NCBI GenBank assembly: GCA_002245135.1
Contig: NGBS01000872.1
Location: forward strand, 310,001 to 374,000
From: Proteromonas lacertae
Lineage: Eukaryota
DNA: 64,000 nucleotides
Direction: 5' to 3'
Shown here: positions 14,201 to 31,469 of the stretch, piece by piece
Layout of the letters: every line of letters starts with the position of its first letter
Position numbering within the stretch: position 1 is the stretch's first letter
Position numbers and translations under genes: made by a program
Notes under the pieces: generated by a model
Seen by the model: the letters and a program-made list of their open reading frames with translations, nothing else
The model's database searches: none
What the model was told of the DNA's origin: nothing

Positions 14201-15751
14201 ATTAGCAGTGATATATAAAGTAGTAACAAACTGCATTAATGAATAGGAAGATGGACTTGCTATTGTTTTACTATATATATCCATATAATGGTCTAAATAA
14301 GTATCTAAACCACTGATATTTCCTGAACGAGAGAGTGAGACAATCATTATATTAATCTGTTCTTGTATACTTTTTAAGGATTGTTTATCAAGAGTAACTA
14401 TACAGTTTATATAAATACAAAAAGATGACTATACGTGTTGATGTATTTTGTATATAAGCTTTCATCATTGACTGATAACTAAAACAATTTAAAAAGTTTT
14501 CATTCACTTCAAATGATAAATAGATAGCAGCTAATCTAAATATATTAACTATTAACTTATCAGGGATATTGTCACTTTTAATATGATCAGCATATAATGT
14601 TGGTAAAATACTACCTAATCTCTCGGATATTAAGAAATATTGAGATTTCAAACTGGATTTATCAAAACATATATCAGGAGAAGTACTACGATCATTCTTA
14701 TCATTAACTTTTGTTTTAACTGTAGCTAATTGTTGATAAAAATCTTTCTTAAATTCACTATAAAATAATAATAATTTTAATATTATATATATTATATACT
14801 CTGAATTTCTTTGAACTACTGGAGTTAAATAACAACTTAATGCCTTATTATGACTAGTTAATGTTAATAATGTTGGAGATATATCAAGATCATAACCTAA
14901 TTAATAATATTAATAATTATACATGCTAATGGGAATGAATAATCTGGAGTACTTTCATTCTTCAATTCAGAATACAAAAACATATGAGTATCATTGAAGA
15001 ATAAACCATATTCGCCGCTTATGCCTCCTGTTGATGTAACATATAATGGCCCAATAGCGTAAAATAGATATATATGGGAGATTCTAGGAAGTGGAACTAA
15101 TCTGATTAACAATTCGTTGGATATTTTTAATTTTGATGGTGGTAAACAGCAGCTGAATATCGAAAGTAATTGAACGATTGTTAACATTGGCATAGCAGAC
15201 TTAATTACATAATCATAAATCTTGAACACTGAATCTCTGCTTGTATTGACAAATTGAGCTAAAGAAGTGACTAATTGAGAATCAACAAACTGTTTTATAT
15301 TGCAGTTTGGTAATATCAAAGAGGTAATTTCTAAAATTTCTTCAATTCCAATATTAAAATGTAATAAGCTCTTTAAATTAGCAAATACTGCTTTACTTTG
15401 GGCAAATGGCTCAGTATTATCCTTAGCAAGTATATTCAATAAGTGTATAGTCTAAGATTAATATAACTCACTATATAAATACATTTGTAACTACAGGAGT
15501 GGAATTCGAGTATTTACTGCAACTGGTAAATAGAATATCTACAGCTTCGTTATTGAAACCTACAATTATAGAAAAACTTTACATACGAAGTTTACCTTTC
15601 TTTGTACTTTCGATAGCTCTTTCTAACAAGCCATTTAAAGTCTTAGCTTTGTTGCTAGCTGGAACACAACAGAAAGAAGATCCATCAGTACATTTCTGGA
15701 TATTCTGGAATATTGGGTCTATGTAGATCACAAATTAATAAATTTACCCAT
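8282..15751 (-). CDS. Very large (~2,300 aa) helical/ARM-like protein with 2-3 PH-like domains, a RanBP2-like Cys cluster and a Pro/Thr/Lys-rich tail
   Basis: ORFs from 8282 to 15439 join through short GT-AG introns; ATG at 15751. PH-like segments in 8282-10027 (FQRTYFTISDEAVWQF...EYDILMTKI) and 11999-13570 (MLFIYQE...DAIMKWYHAL). WMCQCCLNINQSINRCLIC near 11790-11850. Confidence 0.65.
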
Positions 15752-15972
15752 TTTGAAGATTAATAATTACTTACAACACGAGTTATAGTAATTTCTAAAA
15801 AAAATGGACTTGCTTGACAGTTGGCTTGGTTCGAATAAGATTCTTTTTGTTTTTTCACTCTCTAACATATTTATGAGGTAGAAATGTGATAATTTGATAT
15901 TCTTACAACCAAATACAATAGTATTTTATTAAAACAAAGAATAAAATATAGTTAATGACCAGAAAAGGTAAA

Positions 15973-18900
15973 TTAGCCTTGTTCCTCATCAACTGAAAGT
16001 ATTTTGATTGCATTTCTCATTTTAGCTTTATATTTTTCTATTTGATCCCTTAATTTCTTAACAACATTTCTTAAATCGTTAATTGACTTATCTTTTGATG
16101 ATAATACATTTTCATTCTATACATTATATCATATATAACATACTTTAAGTTTAATTTCTTTAAACATTATTTTCAATTTCAACTATATATTATAAGAAAC
16201 GTAATTATACAATAATCTCCTTCAAGTCTATTACATTCATTCCATTTCTAATTACAATTTCATCAGTATTTGATGTGACATTAGTCTCATTATTTGCAAT
16301 TGCTGCTGTTACTGTTGTATCTATAGTAGAAGGTGTATTACCGCCATATCCTATATAATAGACACCAGCTGGTGGAGCACAATCAACATGTAGATGTGCC
16401 TGTAAAATCGCTGCTTCAGTATTTGATTGAATTTGTATTTCATTGGAAGTAATAGTAGTTTCACTTGTTAAACCATCTAAAGCATTCAATAGTGAATTTA
16501 ATTCATTATCTATTGTTTCATATTCTATTCCATTCACAGAAGATGGAATTTGTCGATATAATACTAATTCTTGTTTCATTTTTTCCATATTGTTGTTTAA
16601 TAACACTAACTCGTTTGATAATTCTTGATTTTTTTGTTCTTTCTCTTTCATTTCATCCTCTTTCTCATTCATTTTTAATTCAATCTCTTCTAATTTCTTG
16701 TTCATTTCTTTTTTTCTTGATTCTAATTTATCATTTTCTTCTCTAATATCCTCTTCTTTTCTCTTCATTTCTATTTCGCTTTCTTTTTTAAATCTTTCTA
16801 CATCTTCTAATTTCTTCTTCATTTCTTCTTTTCCTAATTCTAATTTTTCTTGTTCTTCTCTTATTCTTTCTTCTTTCTTTTCCAAATCTTCTTTTTCTCT
16901 TTTCATTTTTTCTTTTGTTATTTCAAAATTAACCTTTTCTTCTCTTCTCTTTTCTTTCTCTTTTTCTAATTCTTCATTAAGTCTTTCTATCTCTTCATTA
17001 AGTCTTTCTATCTCTTCGTTCTTTTTCTTATCTTCTTTCATTTCTTCTTTGTACTGTTCATATTCTTTTCTAAGACTATCAATTTCTTCCATTTTACTCT
17101 TCACTTCCATTTCTATTTTCTCTTTTTCTTCTTTCATCTTGTCTTTTTCTAATATTAATTTTTCATATTTTATATTCATTTCATTCTCTTTCTTACTCAT
17201 TTGTTGTATTTCTTCATTCATTTTTTCTTTTGTTATTTCATAATTAGCCTTTTCTTCTCTTCTCTTTTCTTTCTCCTTTTTCTAATTCTTCATTAAGTCT
17301 TTCTATCTCTTCTTCTTTCTTTTCCATCTCCATCTCAATTTCTTCTTTGTATTTTTCTTTTAAACTATTAACTTCTTCCATTTTACTCTTCACTTCCATT
17401 TCCATTTTATCTTTTTCTTCTTTCATCTTGTCTTTTTCTAATATTAATTTTTCTTTCTCTTTTTTCATTTCATTTTCTTTCTTTTTCATTTCTTCCTTTA
17501 TTATTTCTATCTCTTCTTCTTTCTTTACTATTATTTCTTTTATCTGTTCTTTCGTCATTTCAATCTCTTTTTCTTTACTTTTCATCTCTTCTTTGTATCT
17601 TTCGATATATTCATTGTTCTGTAGATTTTTTTCATTCATTTCCTTTTCAATTCTTTCTTTTTCTTCCCTCATTATCTTAATTTCCGTTTCTTTTTCTTCT
17701 TTTATCATTTCAATCTCTTTCATGGATTTTTTATACTTACAATTTAGTGTATCATATTGTTCATTTAACTTTTCCAAATTATCTTTAATATCTCTATATT
17801 TTTTCTAAAATATATACTAGAGTAAATCAATACATTTAATGTTTTATTATCAGCTCTTTTTTCCTCTAACTGCTTTTGTAATTCTTCATTTTTTTCTTTA
17901 ATTATTCTTTGCATCTCTTCCTTTTCTTTCCTTAAAGTTTCAATTTCTAGAATCTTTAGTTGAATTTCATTTTCATCAACTTCTTTTTCTTGTTTCAATC
18001 TCTGCAGTTCTTGTTCTTTCTGTTTTAATTCTTCATTTATTGTATTGAATTCATCTTCTGTAACTTTAATAATATTTTTCTTTTCATCTTCGTTATTATC
18101 TTCCTTTACCTTAAATATCTTTATTTTTATCTTATTAGTATCAATGGCCATAACTTTTAAACCTAAATCTAAAGCATTCTTTGTAACCTATATAACAATA
18201 ACATCAACTATAATGGTTATACTGTTCTATACTTAACAATTGGTCTACAGCAAAGAATCATTGTGACTTTACTATTATTAGCTAAATAAGTAGATAATAG
18301 CTTGGTTATATTGCTCTTTCTAAAATTTGAGCTTTGGAATTTTGCTGTACTCTTTTTACTATATTCTGACATATATTTTAATAAATCAGAAAGGTTTAAA
18401 AGAGAAAGATTAATTGATGTTGTTTCATATTTATTACTTTTATCCATTAAAGCTTCTGAACCTGCTAAATCTATTATAACCAAATTGCCTCTTATATCAT
18501 TACTTATTTTAATGCTAATTATACAGACAAAGTGACTTCTACTTGATGATGCATTCATGTCAGTTGCTTTTGTTATTCGGCTATATTTAGAATAATATAT
18601 TGCTTTTAATCTTACTTATTAGCTGCTCTAGTATATATGCCAATAAATCTATTTAAGATTTCATTTTCACTCATTCCTTTCACATTAACTATTTCTATAT
18701 TCGCACCAACTATTTTTGTAGGTCTTCCTGTGATATACTGTATTTTTATTTTCTTATCTTTGTCATCATCTAGTAAATCTCGAATATTTTGTTGATAATC
18801 TTCAACACAACAAAACTTTACTATTTTGAATGGTAGCTACTTTTACATCTAACAGCTAGATTTCGCAAAATTAGAGGTGCAACTCCTGGATTGTCATTTG

Positions 18901-19339
18901 TTCCTTCAAGAGTGTATGTCTTACCGGAGCCTGTTTGACCATACCTGTATATTATTAATGCAATATTATATACGCAAAAATGCAAGAGTTGTTCCCTTCT
19001 AAAGCATAATTTATGTAATCTTCACCAATTGAATCGTAGCTGTATTATTTATATTAATAGTAATAATATACACTGGATTTGTTGTTAATGGTTTGGATCT
19101 GTTTAGATCAAACACTTTCGTCAAAGGATAATGAGTTTGGTGATTAGCATTACCAACTAAAGAAATCTAAATATGTATAATTAACCATCAAATATACGAC
19201 ATTCCCATTTACTTTATAAAATGAAGTATCTAAATCTTTTCTACTTTCTTTTTCTTTTTCTAATGGTATTATTGGTCTTATTACAGCAATTGCCTATTGT
19301 ATATATTAATAATTTTAGATATACGTTAACTGCAGACAT
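15973..19339 (-). CDS. Kinesin with N-terminal motor domain and long Glu/Lys coiled-coil
   Basis: P-loop YGQTGSGKTYT (~18915-18945), switch I NASSSRSH, switch II DLAGSE, FRKSNITKLL. ATG at 19339, TAA at 15973-15975. One extra base at ~17275. Confidence 0.85.
16900..17490 (-). repeat. Imperfect internal duplication within the kinesin coiled-coil, with a 21-nt tandem unit (EEIERLN x2)
   Basis: EKLILEKDKMKEEK(D/E)K(M/I)EMEVKSKMEE...EEIERLNEELEK occurs twice, and the copies are similar at DNA level. Confidence 0.75.
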
Positions 19340-19517
19340 GAAATACTTGTGCAAATAAAGAATAGAATATTTACAGTTGAGAATAACTACTTTACACTTA
19401 CAGTTTTTAGCCAAAAACACAACAAATAAAAAAAAACAGACAATTTAATAATAATAATTTTGTATTGACGACTGAAACACACTTTCTAACTGACAGACTT
19501 ATAAACATTTACACATC

Positions 19518-22500
19518 TTAATTATTCAAATTACTATTAACAGCATCAGAATCACTTTTTGCTGCTCCAACATTTAAAGGTGGAAGTTTTGCCACTTCTG
19601 GTCTTGACATAATTCTTGAATGTTTTGCAGTTGGATTGGCAAATGATTTTCTTTGATACAGCGGAGGAGATACACATGAATCACCAGTAGAATCTGAGCT
19701 AGATAATAAATCTGATTTTCTTGTTGAACATGTTGATAATTCATTCTCAGAAGATGGACTTTCTGTATTAAATACACCTAAAACATCGTTACTATTATTA
19801 TTCTTATCAACTGGTGATTGATCCGTGGATGGAATTGTAGCTAAATGTCTTTTCTTATTTCTCTTAGGTGTTGGTGGGAATTTCAATGTATTATGATTTC
19901 CAGAGGAAGATGCAGATGATGATAAAGACATGGATGGATTAATAAAAGATGGATTTATTTCAGATTCACCAATTGGAGTTGATAATGTTGGAGATAACAT
20001 TGTAGAGGTAGTTGGCATTTCTGGTGGAATATATCTACTATTGGAATGATTATTTGGAGATGTAAAGAACTCTCTTGTTCTTTTACCTTTCTGATTGAGA
20101 ATGGATGGTTTTGTTTTTAATGATGCTGTTCTATAAGATGGGAAGGAGAGAGGTGATGGAGTTGATCCATCACTCATTAATCTTTCATTATAAACACCTG
20201 AATTGAAATGATAAGTATTAGAAGCAGTTGTTGATTGTGTAAGTTGAGATAAATGAACATTTCTGAATGAATATGGAATGATTTTAACATAGGAAGCAAT
20301 TGATTTACATCCAAATATAATTGCTAATAATGCCATTATTACAATAGTACCGATATTAGCCAATGTTGTAATTACAGTTAAAATAACTTCATGTTCAGGA
20401 TACATACTAAATGCATCTGCAGTAAACAATGTAGCCAATGATGATAACATTGAAAATACTTCCACATAATTGAACAAATTATTGGTATAAGGTCTACAAG
20501 CTAAATGAAAGAATAACGCAAGTATAAATATAACTTGAGCAACACGATTCTGCACATATCCATCACTAATAATAACTTCAACAACCACTAACAAGATTCT
20601 TTTCACAATCTCATAAATTTGCCATAAATAAGTAAATCTCTTTGTATCATAACCAGAAAATAAAAAACCATACTTAACAACAATTGAATCATGCTTTATT
20701 TTTTCTATTAACAATATATAAAAATAACAATACTTTTTGATCTAACTAAAATCAATCCAAACATAATGGGAATACCAAATGCAAAAAATATACATCCAAT
20801 AATGCCTAACGCAAATAACAATTTATATTGTACAGATGATGAACTGATACTATAATCTGATTCTAAATATGTTTCTCCTTGTATTTCAACGGTTTTAAAT
20901 AATCTCAACACAGTCAAAACAATATCTTTATGAATAAAGAATAAATACACAACAATTCCTCTTATAAAAGCTGGTTTATATCTACTCTTTATCATATTCA
21001 AATCTTCTTCGTCATAATGATGGTGATCAACAATCGCTTTCCTCAATAATAACATAACTGCACTAATTACTGGAGCTAAAATTGGTAAAAATATAGTAAT
21101 AATTGCTAATGGAGTAAATTGTCCTCCAAAAACACATCTAAATGGAACAGTTGTTAAAGTAGCAGCATCTCCTAAGAATGTAAAACCTAAAATATTCATT
21201 GTAACATCAGGATTCTTTAACACATAAGCATTTATAATACCTTGTATTTGAGTGAAATTTAATATAATACGAATCATTACTGATACACGACTATGTTAAT
21301 AATAATAATAATAATAATAATATATACTCAAATGACCATTTCTTCTTTTTACCAAGATTGGTTTTAAAATATATATTTACACCAACATAAAAGAATGGTA
21401 AAACTAACTGTATAACAACAATACATATAGAAATCCATTGTGGATAACATTTAGTACAACCATGAGATGATTGGACATATCCTTTTCCACACAATGCACA
21501 TAAAGGACCTTCATAACCAGAAGTACATTTCAATTCACCTTCATCATCAGATAAACAAGATTGACTATTCAAGCACTTTACAATAATAGAATCATGAGTT
21601 AGGTTTGATACTGTTACGTTTGACCAATATCCATTCATTATTCTACACTCTCCACCTCTACAATCAACACCATCTGGAACTTTCCAACATTCACTTTCTC
21701 CTTCTTCAGTGAATGATCCAACAGGACATAATAAACAAGTCTTTGAACCAGAATCAGCTGAATAATAACCTCTATCACACTTAATACAACTACTTTGTCC
21801 AATGGATGGTTGATAAGTGCCTGGTTCACATTCAGTACATTTTGCTGATCCTTCTACTGATGAATAAGTACCTGGATTACAGATTTCACATCTTGACATT
21901 AAACTTCTATTAAAATAATAACAACAATATTTATTAATATATTTATACGTTCTATATTGACCTATTGGACAAGCAACACATTGAGTTTGATTCTTTTCAC
22001 TAATAAAACCATCATCACATTTTGTACAATTATTTCCACTTCCATAATACATCTCATTACACCAACACCTTTTATAATTGTCATAATTTATATCAACTGT
22101 GATAGATTTATCATGAAATGATATTCCTGGACAAGTATATGACTTATTACTCTTACTATTCAATGATACATAAAAATATATAATAGAATATATACTCTAA
22201 TCTAGAATCATCGCTATATAAGAAGGAAGGTAAAACTTCAGAATGTAATTGATTATTTAATAAATCTAATACATAAACTTGTGAATATATTTCGGGAATT
22301 TCACCTGAAAATTGGTTTGACTGAGCTTGAAACACAATCAATGATACTGGTAAATTATAAGGTAATTCTCCATCAATATCATTAGAAACAACATCAAACA
22401 AAGTTACTTTTTCTAAACCTTTTCCTTCATAAGCAACACCTTTAATCAAATAAGAAAACATAAAACCAAAATCAGTGAAAGGACCAGTCAAATTATTACC

Positions 22501-25500
22501 TCTAAAATGAACTTCTCTCAGGTTTTCTAATGTTAATAATGGATTGATTAAATCATTAACACTCATGCTCAGCATATTATAAGATAAATCAATCAATTCT
22601 AAATTCCTCATAAATGGTGATACTTTTGTTCTTCTTAAGTAATGATGGAAATTATAAGTTGCAGGATTATATCTGTTTTCCCATTCTACTGGAAATGGAG
22701 TATTGATTAAATTGTGACTTAACAACAACTTTACAATTGGACAGTCTGGTGTAAATGATGGAATTGGTCCTTCAATACGATTATTGGATAAATCTAACAC
22801 TTTCAATGAATCCATATACATAAATGGTATTCTTCCTGAGATGTTGTTATTGTTCAAATATATCTCTTCAACTGTATTTTGAGTGTGATACTTTTCCTCA
22901 ATAACACCTGTAAAATCATTATTAGCTAACTTTATTACTTTTCTGAATAATAGTATATAATTAAATATATAAAAATACAGATTTGAAGTACTCCAAATAT
23001 AATCTAAAACTGTGCTAATATCACCTTTATAATTATTGTTTGATAATCCTAAAGACTTTAGTTTCTTTAATCTAGCAAAGTTTGGAATTTCTCCTTCTAA
23101 TTGATTGTTAGATACATCAAATTCCCTATTAAAACAATAAACATTGAATATATATATATATATATATATATACTCTAAACTATCCATATCAGAGAAAGGA
23201 ACTTGGTATATGACCAGAAAATCTGTTATTCTGCAACTTTATATTCTTCAAATTTCGTAAAGCAGTTAATTGAGATGGTATTTCACCTTCCAATTGATTA
23301 TTATCCAATATAATTGATTCAAGACTTGTCATTGAATCAATATTATACGGAATTCTACCAGAAATGTTGGTATATCTTATACTAAGATAAACCAAGTCAG
23401 TTAATAATGAGATTTTAGTAGGAATTGTACCAGATAATGGATTATTTCCTATCATTAATGTTTGTAAATATAAACAATCAGAATAATCAGGAATACTTCC
23501 AGTGAAGTAATTATCATTTAATATCAATTGTTCTAGATTATTACCATTGCAAGGACGTTGTGGAATAAGACCAGTAAATTGATTATAACCTAAATCTAAT
23601 ACTTTCAAATTAGGCATTTCAAATAAACATTCTGGAATTGAACCAGTAAAGTTGTTTTTGCCTAACTTTAATTCACTTCTATATATATATATATAATATA
23701 TATAAAAACTAATAAATATACAATTTACGCATATTACATATTGTTTCTGGTAATTCTCCTTCAAATCCAACTAATGAAGCAGTTAGCTTTAATAAAGCAG
23801 TTGGATAAAAACCATCATAACCATAATCACTACAATTAGGAAATATTGATAAATGAGTTCCTTGAAATTTTAATACTGACAAAGTAGTTGTATTGCATAT
23901 GCTGTGAGGAATTTCACCATTTAAATGTGCATTGTCTGCTATTGCAACTTCATTTATTTTTGGTGCATGGAACATATTTTCGGGAATCTTTGTTAGATTA
24001 CTATTATATACATAAATCAACTGTAATTCTTTCCATTCATTGAAATTGGATGGTAATTCTTTCAAATATGGACAATTATATGCATATAGTTTCTGAATAC
24101 TTGTTTTACTCAAACTATTGGGAATTGATTCAATATTTGTCTCTTTAATATTGAAATATGATAAATTTGTTGATTTCTCTAATCCTTCTGGGAATGTACT
24201 AATTGGATTGCCATATATATCTAATCTAGTCAATTTAGGCAGATTGAATCTTATTAAATATGACAATGAGTTGTTATTTAAAAGCAATTGTCCAATATTT
24301 GGATGATTCGTCACAGTAAGCGGTATTTCTTCTAATAAATTATCATTTAATCTTAAATCACTCAAGTTTGGTGCATTATTAAAACTATTAGGTAAATTAT
24401 CAATACCACATCTTTCTAGTCTCAATAATGTTATATTATTTAAGTTAATAATACTTGGTACTCTCTTAATTGGATTATTACTCAGATTTATTACATTTAC
24501 ATTTGTATTTGAAAAGAAATTTGAATTTAATTCACTAATTTCATTACCATCTAAATATAATTCACTTAAACTAGTCAAATGGTCAATTGTTCCAATAGAT
24601 TTTATTTTATTCTCAAATAACGATAATATTACTACTTTAGGTAAATCTATATAAGGAATTTCAGTTAATTCATTATATTCAGCTAAGAATAACTGAATTT
24701 CTGGATGTTTAAAAAGATTTGGATCTAAATACCTAATTTGATTATAACATACACTAAATAAATGTAAATTTGGAGAAGTAGTGAAATTATAAGGAATACT
24801 CTTTATTATATTATCTTTCAAAATCAATTCCTCTAACTTCGGCATATTAGGTTCAGGTATTGAAGCTATTTGATTGCCAGCTAAATCTAATTCTTCCTAA
24901 ATACTGTAAGTTGAAAAGAGTATTTGGTATTGTACTGATGGAATTATTCATAAAACTAACTAACTGTAGTTTTGGTGCTTTGTCAAATGTATTTGATAGT
25001 GTTGTTATATCATTATTATATACTTTTAATGTCTTTAATACAGGTAAATTTAATATATCAGGAAAAGACTTAATTTTATTTTTTATTAAATTTACAGTTT
25101 CTAATTTTGATAAACTCATTAACGATGATGGAATTTCAGTCAATAAATTCGCATTAAATGACACAGAACGCAGTATTGGAGCTTTATCAAATGTATTTGG
25201 TAAAGATGTCAATAAATTTGTACTGAAATTCATATACTCTAATTTTGGCATATTTACAATATCTGGTAATGAATAAATCTTATTTTTATAAGCAACAATT
25301 GTTCTTAATTCATTACAATTAAGCAGAGAAGAAGGAAACGAACTTAATCGATTATCATAAACATTAATGTAAGTTAACTTACTACATCCTAACGAATTAG
25401 GGATTTCTCTTAAATCATTTTTATGTAAATCTAAATACAATAACGAAGGTAGATTAACACTCTTCGGTAAACGAACTATACTATTATCATAACCTTGTAT

Positions 25501-26281
25501 CATTTCTAACTGTTGTAATCCAAATAATGTTTCTGGTAAATCAATTAATGAATTGCCGTAAAAGAAAATTGTATTTAACAGTGGAGTATGGTCAAAACTA
25601 TCAGGAATATTTCTTAAACTATTACTCCCTATATTGAGATAGGTTAAAGCAGGAAGATTCCAGTAATTGGGTAAGGAACTGATCTTATTCTTTTGTATAT
25701 ACATCTGTTCTAATGTTGGAATTGAAAATAAACTGGATGGTACTTCAGTGAGAGAATTATCATCAATTCTAATGATTTTCAACTTTTTGAAGTTTTTAAA
25801 TGAGTCTGGTAAATCAGAAATACGATTATTTTGTAACAGCAATTCTTCAATTTCGTTATCTGCATCTGGGGATTGAAAAATTGTGATTGTATTATTGGTT
25901 AAATCAACTTTCGACAATTTGTAAATACTTTTGGGGTATTTCGTGATTTTGTTGTCTTTAAGGTAAATATTAAATATTTGAGTTAATCTGCCAATACTTT
26001 CAGGAATTTCTCCACTCAATCCATTATTTGTACTAAAATGTATAAACTAAGAAATATACAGTGTAAGACTAAATGAAGCACAATCCACTCCTATTCTTTT
26101 ACCTACACAATAAATAATACAAATAAAAAAATATACAAATGTCGTTATTGTCCCAGCCAGTTTTATTTATCCAATTATTGCCGTTAGTTGATTCAAAAAG
26201 CTCATCAAGAATCTGCGCATCATCCGCATTAACCAAATTATACAGTAGCAAGATAAAGATAGACAGTAGTTTTAAAATCAT
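19518..26281 (-). CDS. Receptor-like protein: signal peptide, N-cap, long LRR array, Cys-rich TNFR/ephrin-like repeats, multi-pass (about 7) TM domain, Ser/Pro-rich tail
   Basis: MILKLLSIFILLLYNLVNA signal peptide; ILDELFESTNGNNWINKTGW cap; LxxLxLxxNxL(SG)xIP repeats; CEPGTYQPSIGQSSCIKC repeats; several hydrophobic helices ending with KYGFLFSGY...WQIYEIVKR...CRPY. Joined through short introns and two single-base corrections (~24896, ~23195). Confidence 0.85.
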
Positions 26282-26449
26282 TGTATTTTCCTGAATAATA
26301 ATCTTTCCTATCTTTTGATTAACACCTTGTACACACGACTAAAACTACGTATCCTGATAAAAATAAAAACTTCAAAACACTGATTGAGCTTGAAAACTCA
26401 AGCTTTATTCGATTTTTTAACTTCAAACTCCAAACTCAATAGTTTAATT

Positions 26450-29216
<2,767 letters not shown>

Positions 29217-29309
29217 TTTAATATATTATGTTTTGGGATATTTACATAAAATCAAAATTTAAATTGGTGTTATTTTTTGGCTCAAACTAATTTCTTCTAA
29301 AATCTGCTA

Positions 29310-30199
29310 ATGAACGGATTGTTTGATTCAAGTGACTTGTATATTTTATTAGTGATATATATTACTTCTTAGAACTCCTGATGTTCAGCGTTACATTGTT
29401 AGAGTCTACAGAGATATGTTAGAGGCTTTTAGTTGTGCATTTATTGGTGTTATCGCATCACAGTATGTATTATCATATTATTGTTATAGAATACTTGGTT
29501 GGGGAAGCACTGTAGCGACTATTGCTACATTTATACTAATATTTGTGTTTATGTCTGCAAAGAATAAAGAATGGCCATTCAGATTACTTGCTTTTTGTAT
29601 AGGATTTGAAATGGGCGATCTTATCTCTGTGTTTATCAAATATAATCCATCTGTATTGATGAATGCACTGTTTGCTACTATTGTTGTTTTTGCATGCTTT
29701 ACACTCTCTGCATTGATGAGTATATCATTTTCTTATTATGTCTTTATTAGATAAATCAAGATCTTACTTATATTTAAGTGGTATATTATCATCTGTACTT
29801 TTATTCATGGTTATTGCTCCAATATTAGGTTGGTTCTTCTCAATCTTCAGAAGTGATTCATATTTAATGATTGGTGTAGGATTATTCTGTTTTTCATTAT
29901 ACATTTTATATGATACTCAGTTAATGATAGAAAGAGCAAAAATGTATGGAGGAATTAGACGTAGACCTCCAACATATGGATTTGGTAGTTGGGGAGGAAA
30001 TGATGGTGGAGGTTATGATGGAGGTAATGATGCTGGTGATTGGGGTGATAGAGGTAATCAATTTGGAGATGATAAGTATGGAGGAAGTCAACATTATGTT
30101 GATGCTTTGAATTTGTTTTTAGATTTTGTCAATTTATTTATCACATTATTGCAATTAATGCAGAAGTTGGATGAGAATAAAAACAAAAAGAAGAGATAA
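29310..30199 (+). CDS. BI-1: Bax inhibitor-1 / TMBIM family membrane protein
   Basis: NPSVLMNALFATIVVFACFTLSAL, RSYLYLSGILSS, YILYDTQLMIERA, ALNLFLDFVNLF and a basic C-terminal KKKR. ATG at 29310; short introns. Confidence 0.9.
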
Positions 30200-30318
30200 A
30201 ATGATTTTTAAAAATTGAATTTATACTTTTTTTTAAATAACCATGTTTTTTTTAATCTCTTAAATACATCATTTATAAAACAAAACAAATAAAAATAGAT
30301 AAATTATAGAATTAGAAT

Positions 30319-31145
30319 TTAATCTTGCTTTATTTTGTTTCTAATAAACACTCCTGTTGCAATAACTACAACCAATGTCATAGCAAGCAATATTCCAGTC
30401 TGCATTACACAAAGTTCCATTGAAAGATTGGTCTATAATAATTAAAAACAATATCTATACTATTCCACATGCTACTAAATGTAATAGAAGTATCAATAAA
30501 GCTATATAGTAATTAGATGATGCATAACTATAAAAGGCAAATATATTGAAACAAGTGTTAAGTAATGTGAATGAAAAACATCTCAACGCCATTATTAATG
30601 CATGGGGGTAGTAACAACCCTTTTCAAAGTTTACACCATCTTCTCTAGTTGACATAAATATATCACCATATCTAAAACAGAATTATATAATATTATGATA
30701 AATACAAAAATATAGACTCAGCTACTATTATTCCACTTGCAGAAGCTAATTAAGAATATATTAAGTTATTTTAATACATAATCCAAATGCTACCAAGTTT
30801 TTCTTTGATGGATCTCTTGGAACTGATATTGTAGCTTTAGAAAATGCAAAAGCATATATAAAATATCCAATGTAACGAGATAATTCTGTAAGAAACGCTG
30901 ATAAATAGATGTTACTCTATTTTTACTAGATTTGCTTATATATATACAAATATTTTTCCAAGCATAAGTGTAAGAGCAAATAAAATAGTCCACACAAAAG
31001 CTCTACATTATAATATCAATAAATAAAAATACGAAATAACTGTAAGTATAGATAAATATGACAATTGCAATGTTGAAAAATAGAATATAGCAACAGTAGG
31101 ACTGTATGCTATAAGCAAACAACCAGCACTAAAGCAGAAACTCAT
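30319..31145 (-). CDS. APH1: Gamma-secretase subunit APH-1-like protein
   Basis: Spliced N-terminus MSFCFSAGCLLIAYSPTVAIFYF...LSILTVISAFVW, then FLTELSRY and a late His-containing helix (LLLHLVA), resembling APH-1. Confidence 0.7.
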
Positions 31146-31219
31146 TAAACACAAAATAATTCAGAATTGTTTTTCAAGCTTTATTCAAGTTTTTTCTTGT
31201 TTTTTTTATTCTTTGAAAT

Positions 31220-31469
31220 ATGTGCTGAGTTATCATCAATGCCGTAAATCAGATAGGGTATCCTATCGCTGGCTTGGTATATCTTATTTTGACATTATTA
31301 GATCGTCATTTGTTTTATTGCAGTTATAGTTTTTTCAATTTTGTATGATTTGACAGGTTTAGGAATTTCACTTGGTTGTAGTGTTGTTCTAATTATAGTA
31401 GCATTTCTCGCAAAGTGGTTCTACACAAAATCTGTTACTACAGAAAAGAAAGATGATGTGCCAGTATAA
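31220..31469 (+). CDS. Candidate 74-aa membrane selenoprotein with Sec (UGA) at codon 3 (M-C-U)
   Basis: Exon 1 31220-31276 (ATG TGC TGA GTT...), 25-nt intron 31277-31301 (GTAT...TTAG), exon 2 31302-31469 ending TAA. Two hydrophobic helices; SECIS immediately downstream. Confidence 0.8.

Noticed and set aside
16443..17808. Phe/Ser-rich hydrophobic plus-strand ORFs resembling membrane proteins (similar ones at 489-813, 43019-43393, 58547-58897)
   Set aside because: They are reverse complements of GAA/AAA-rich Glu/Lys coding sequence.
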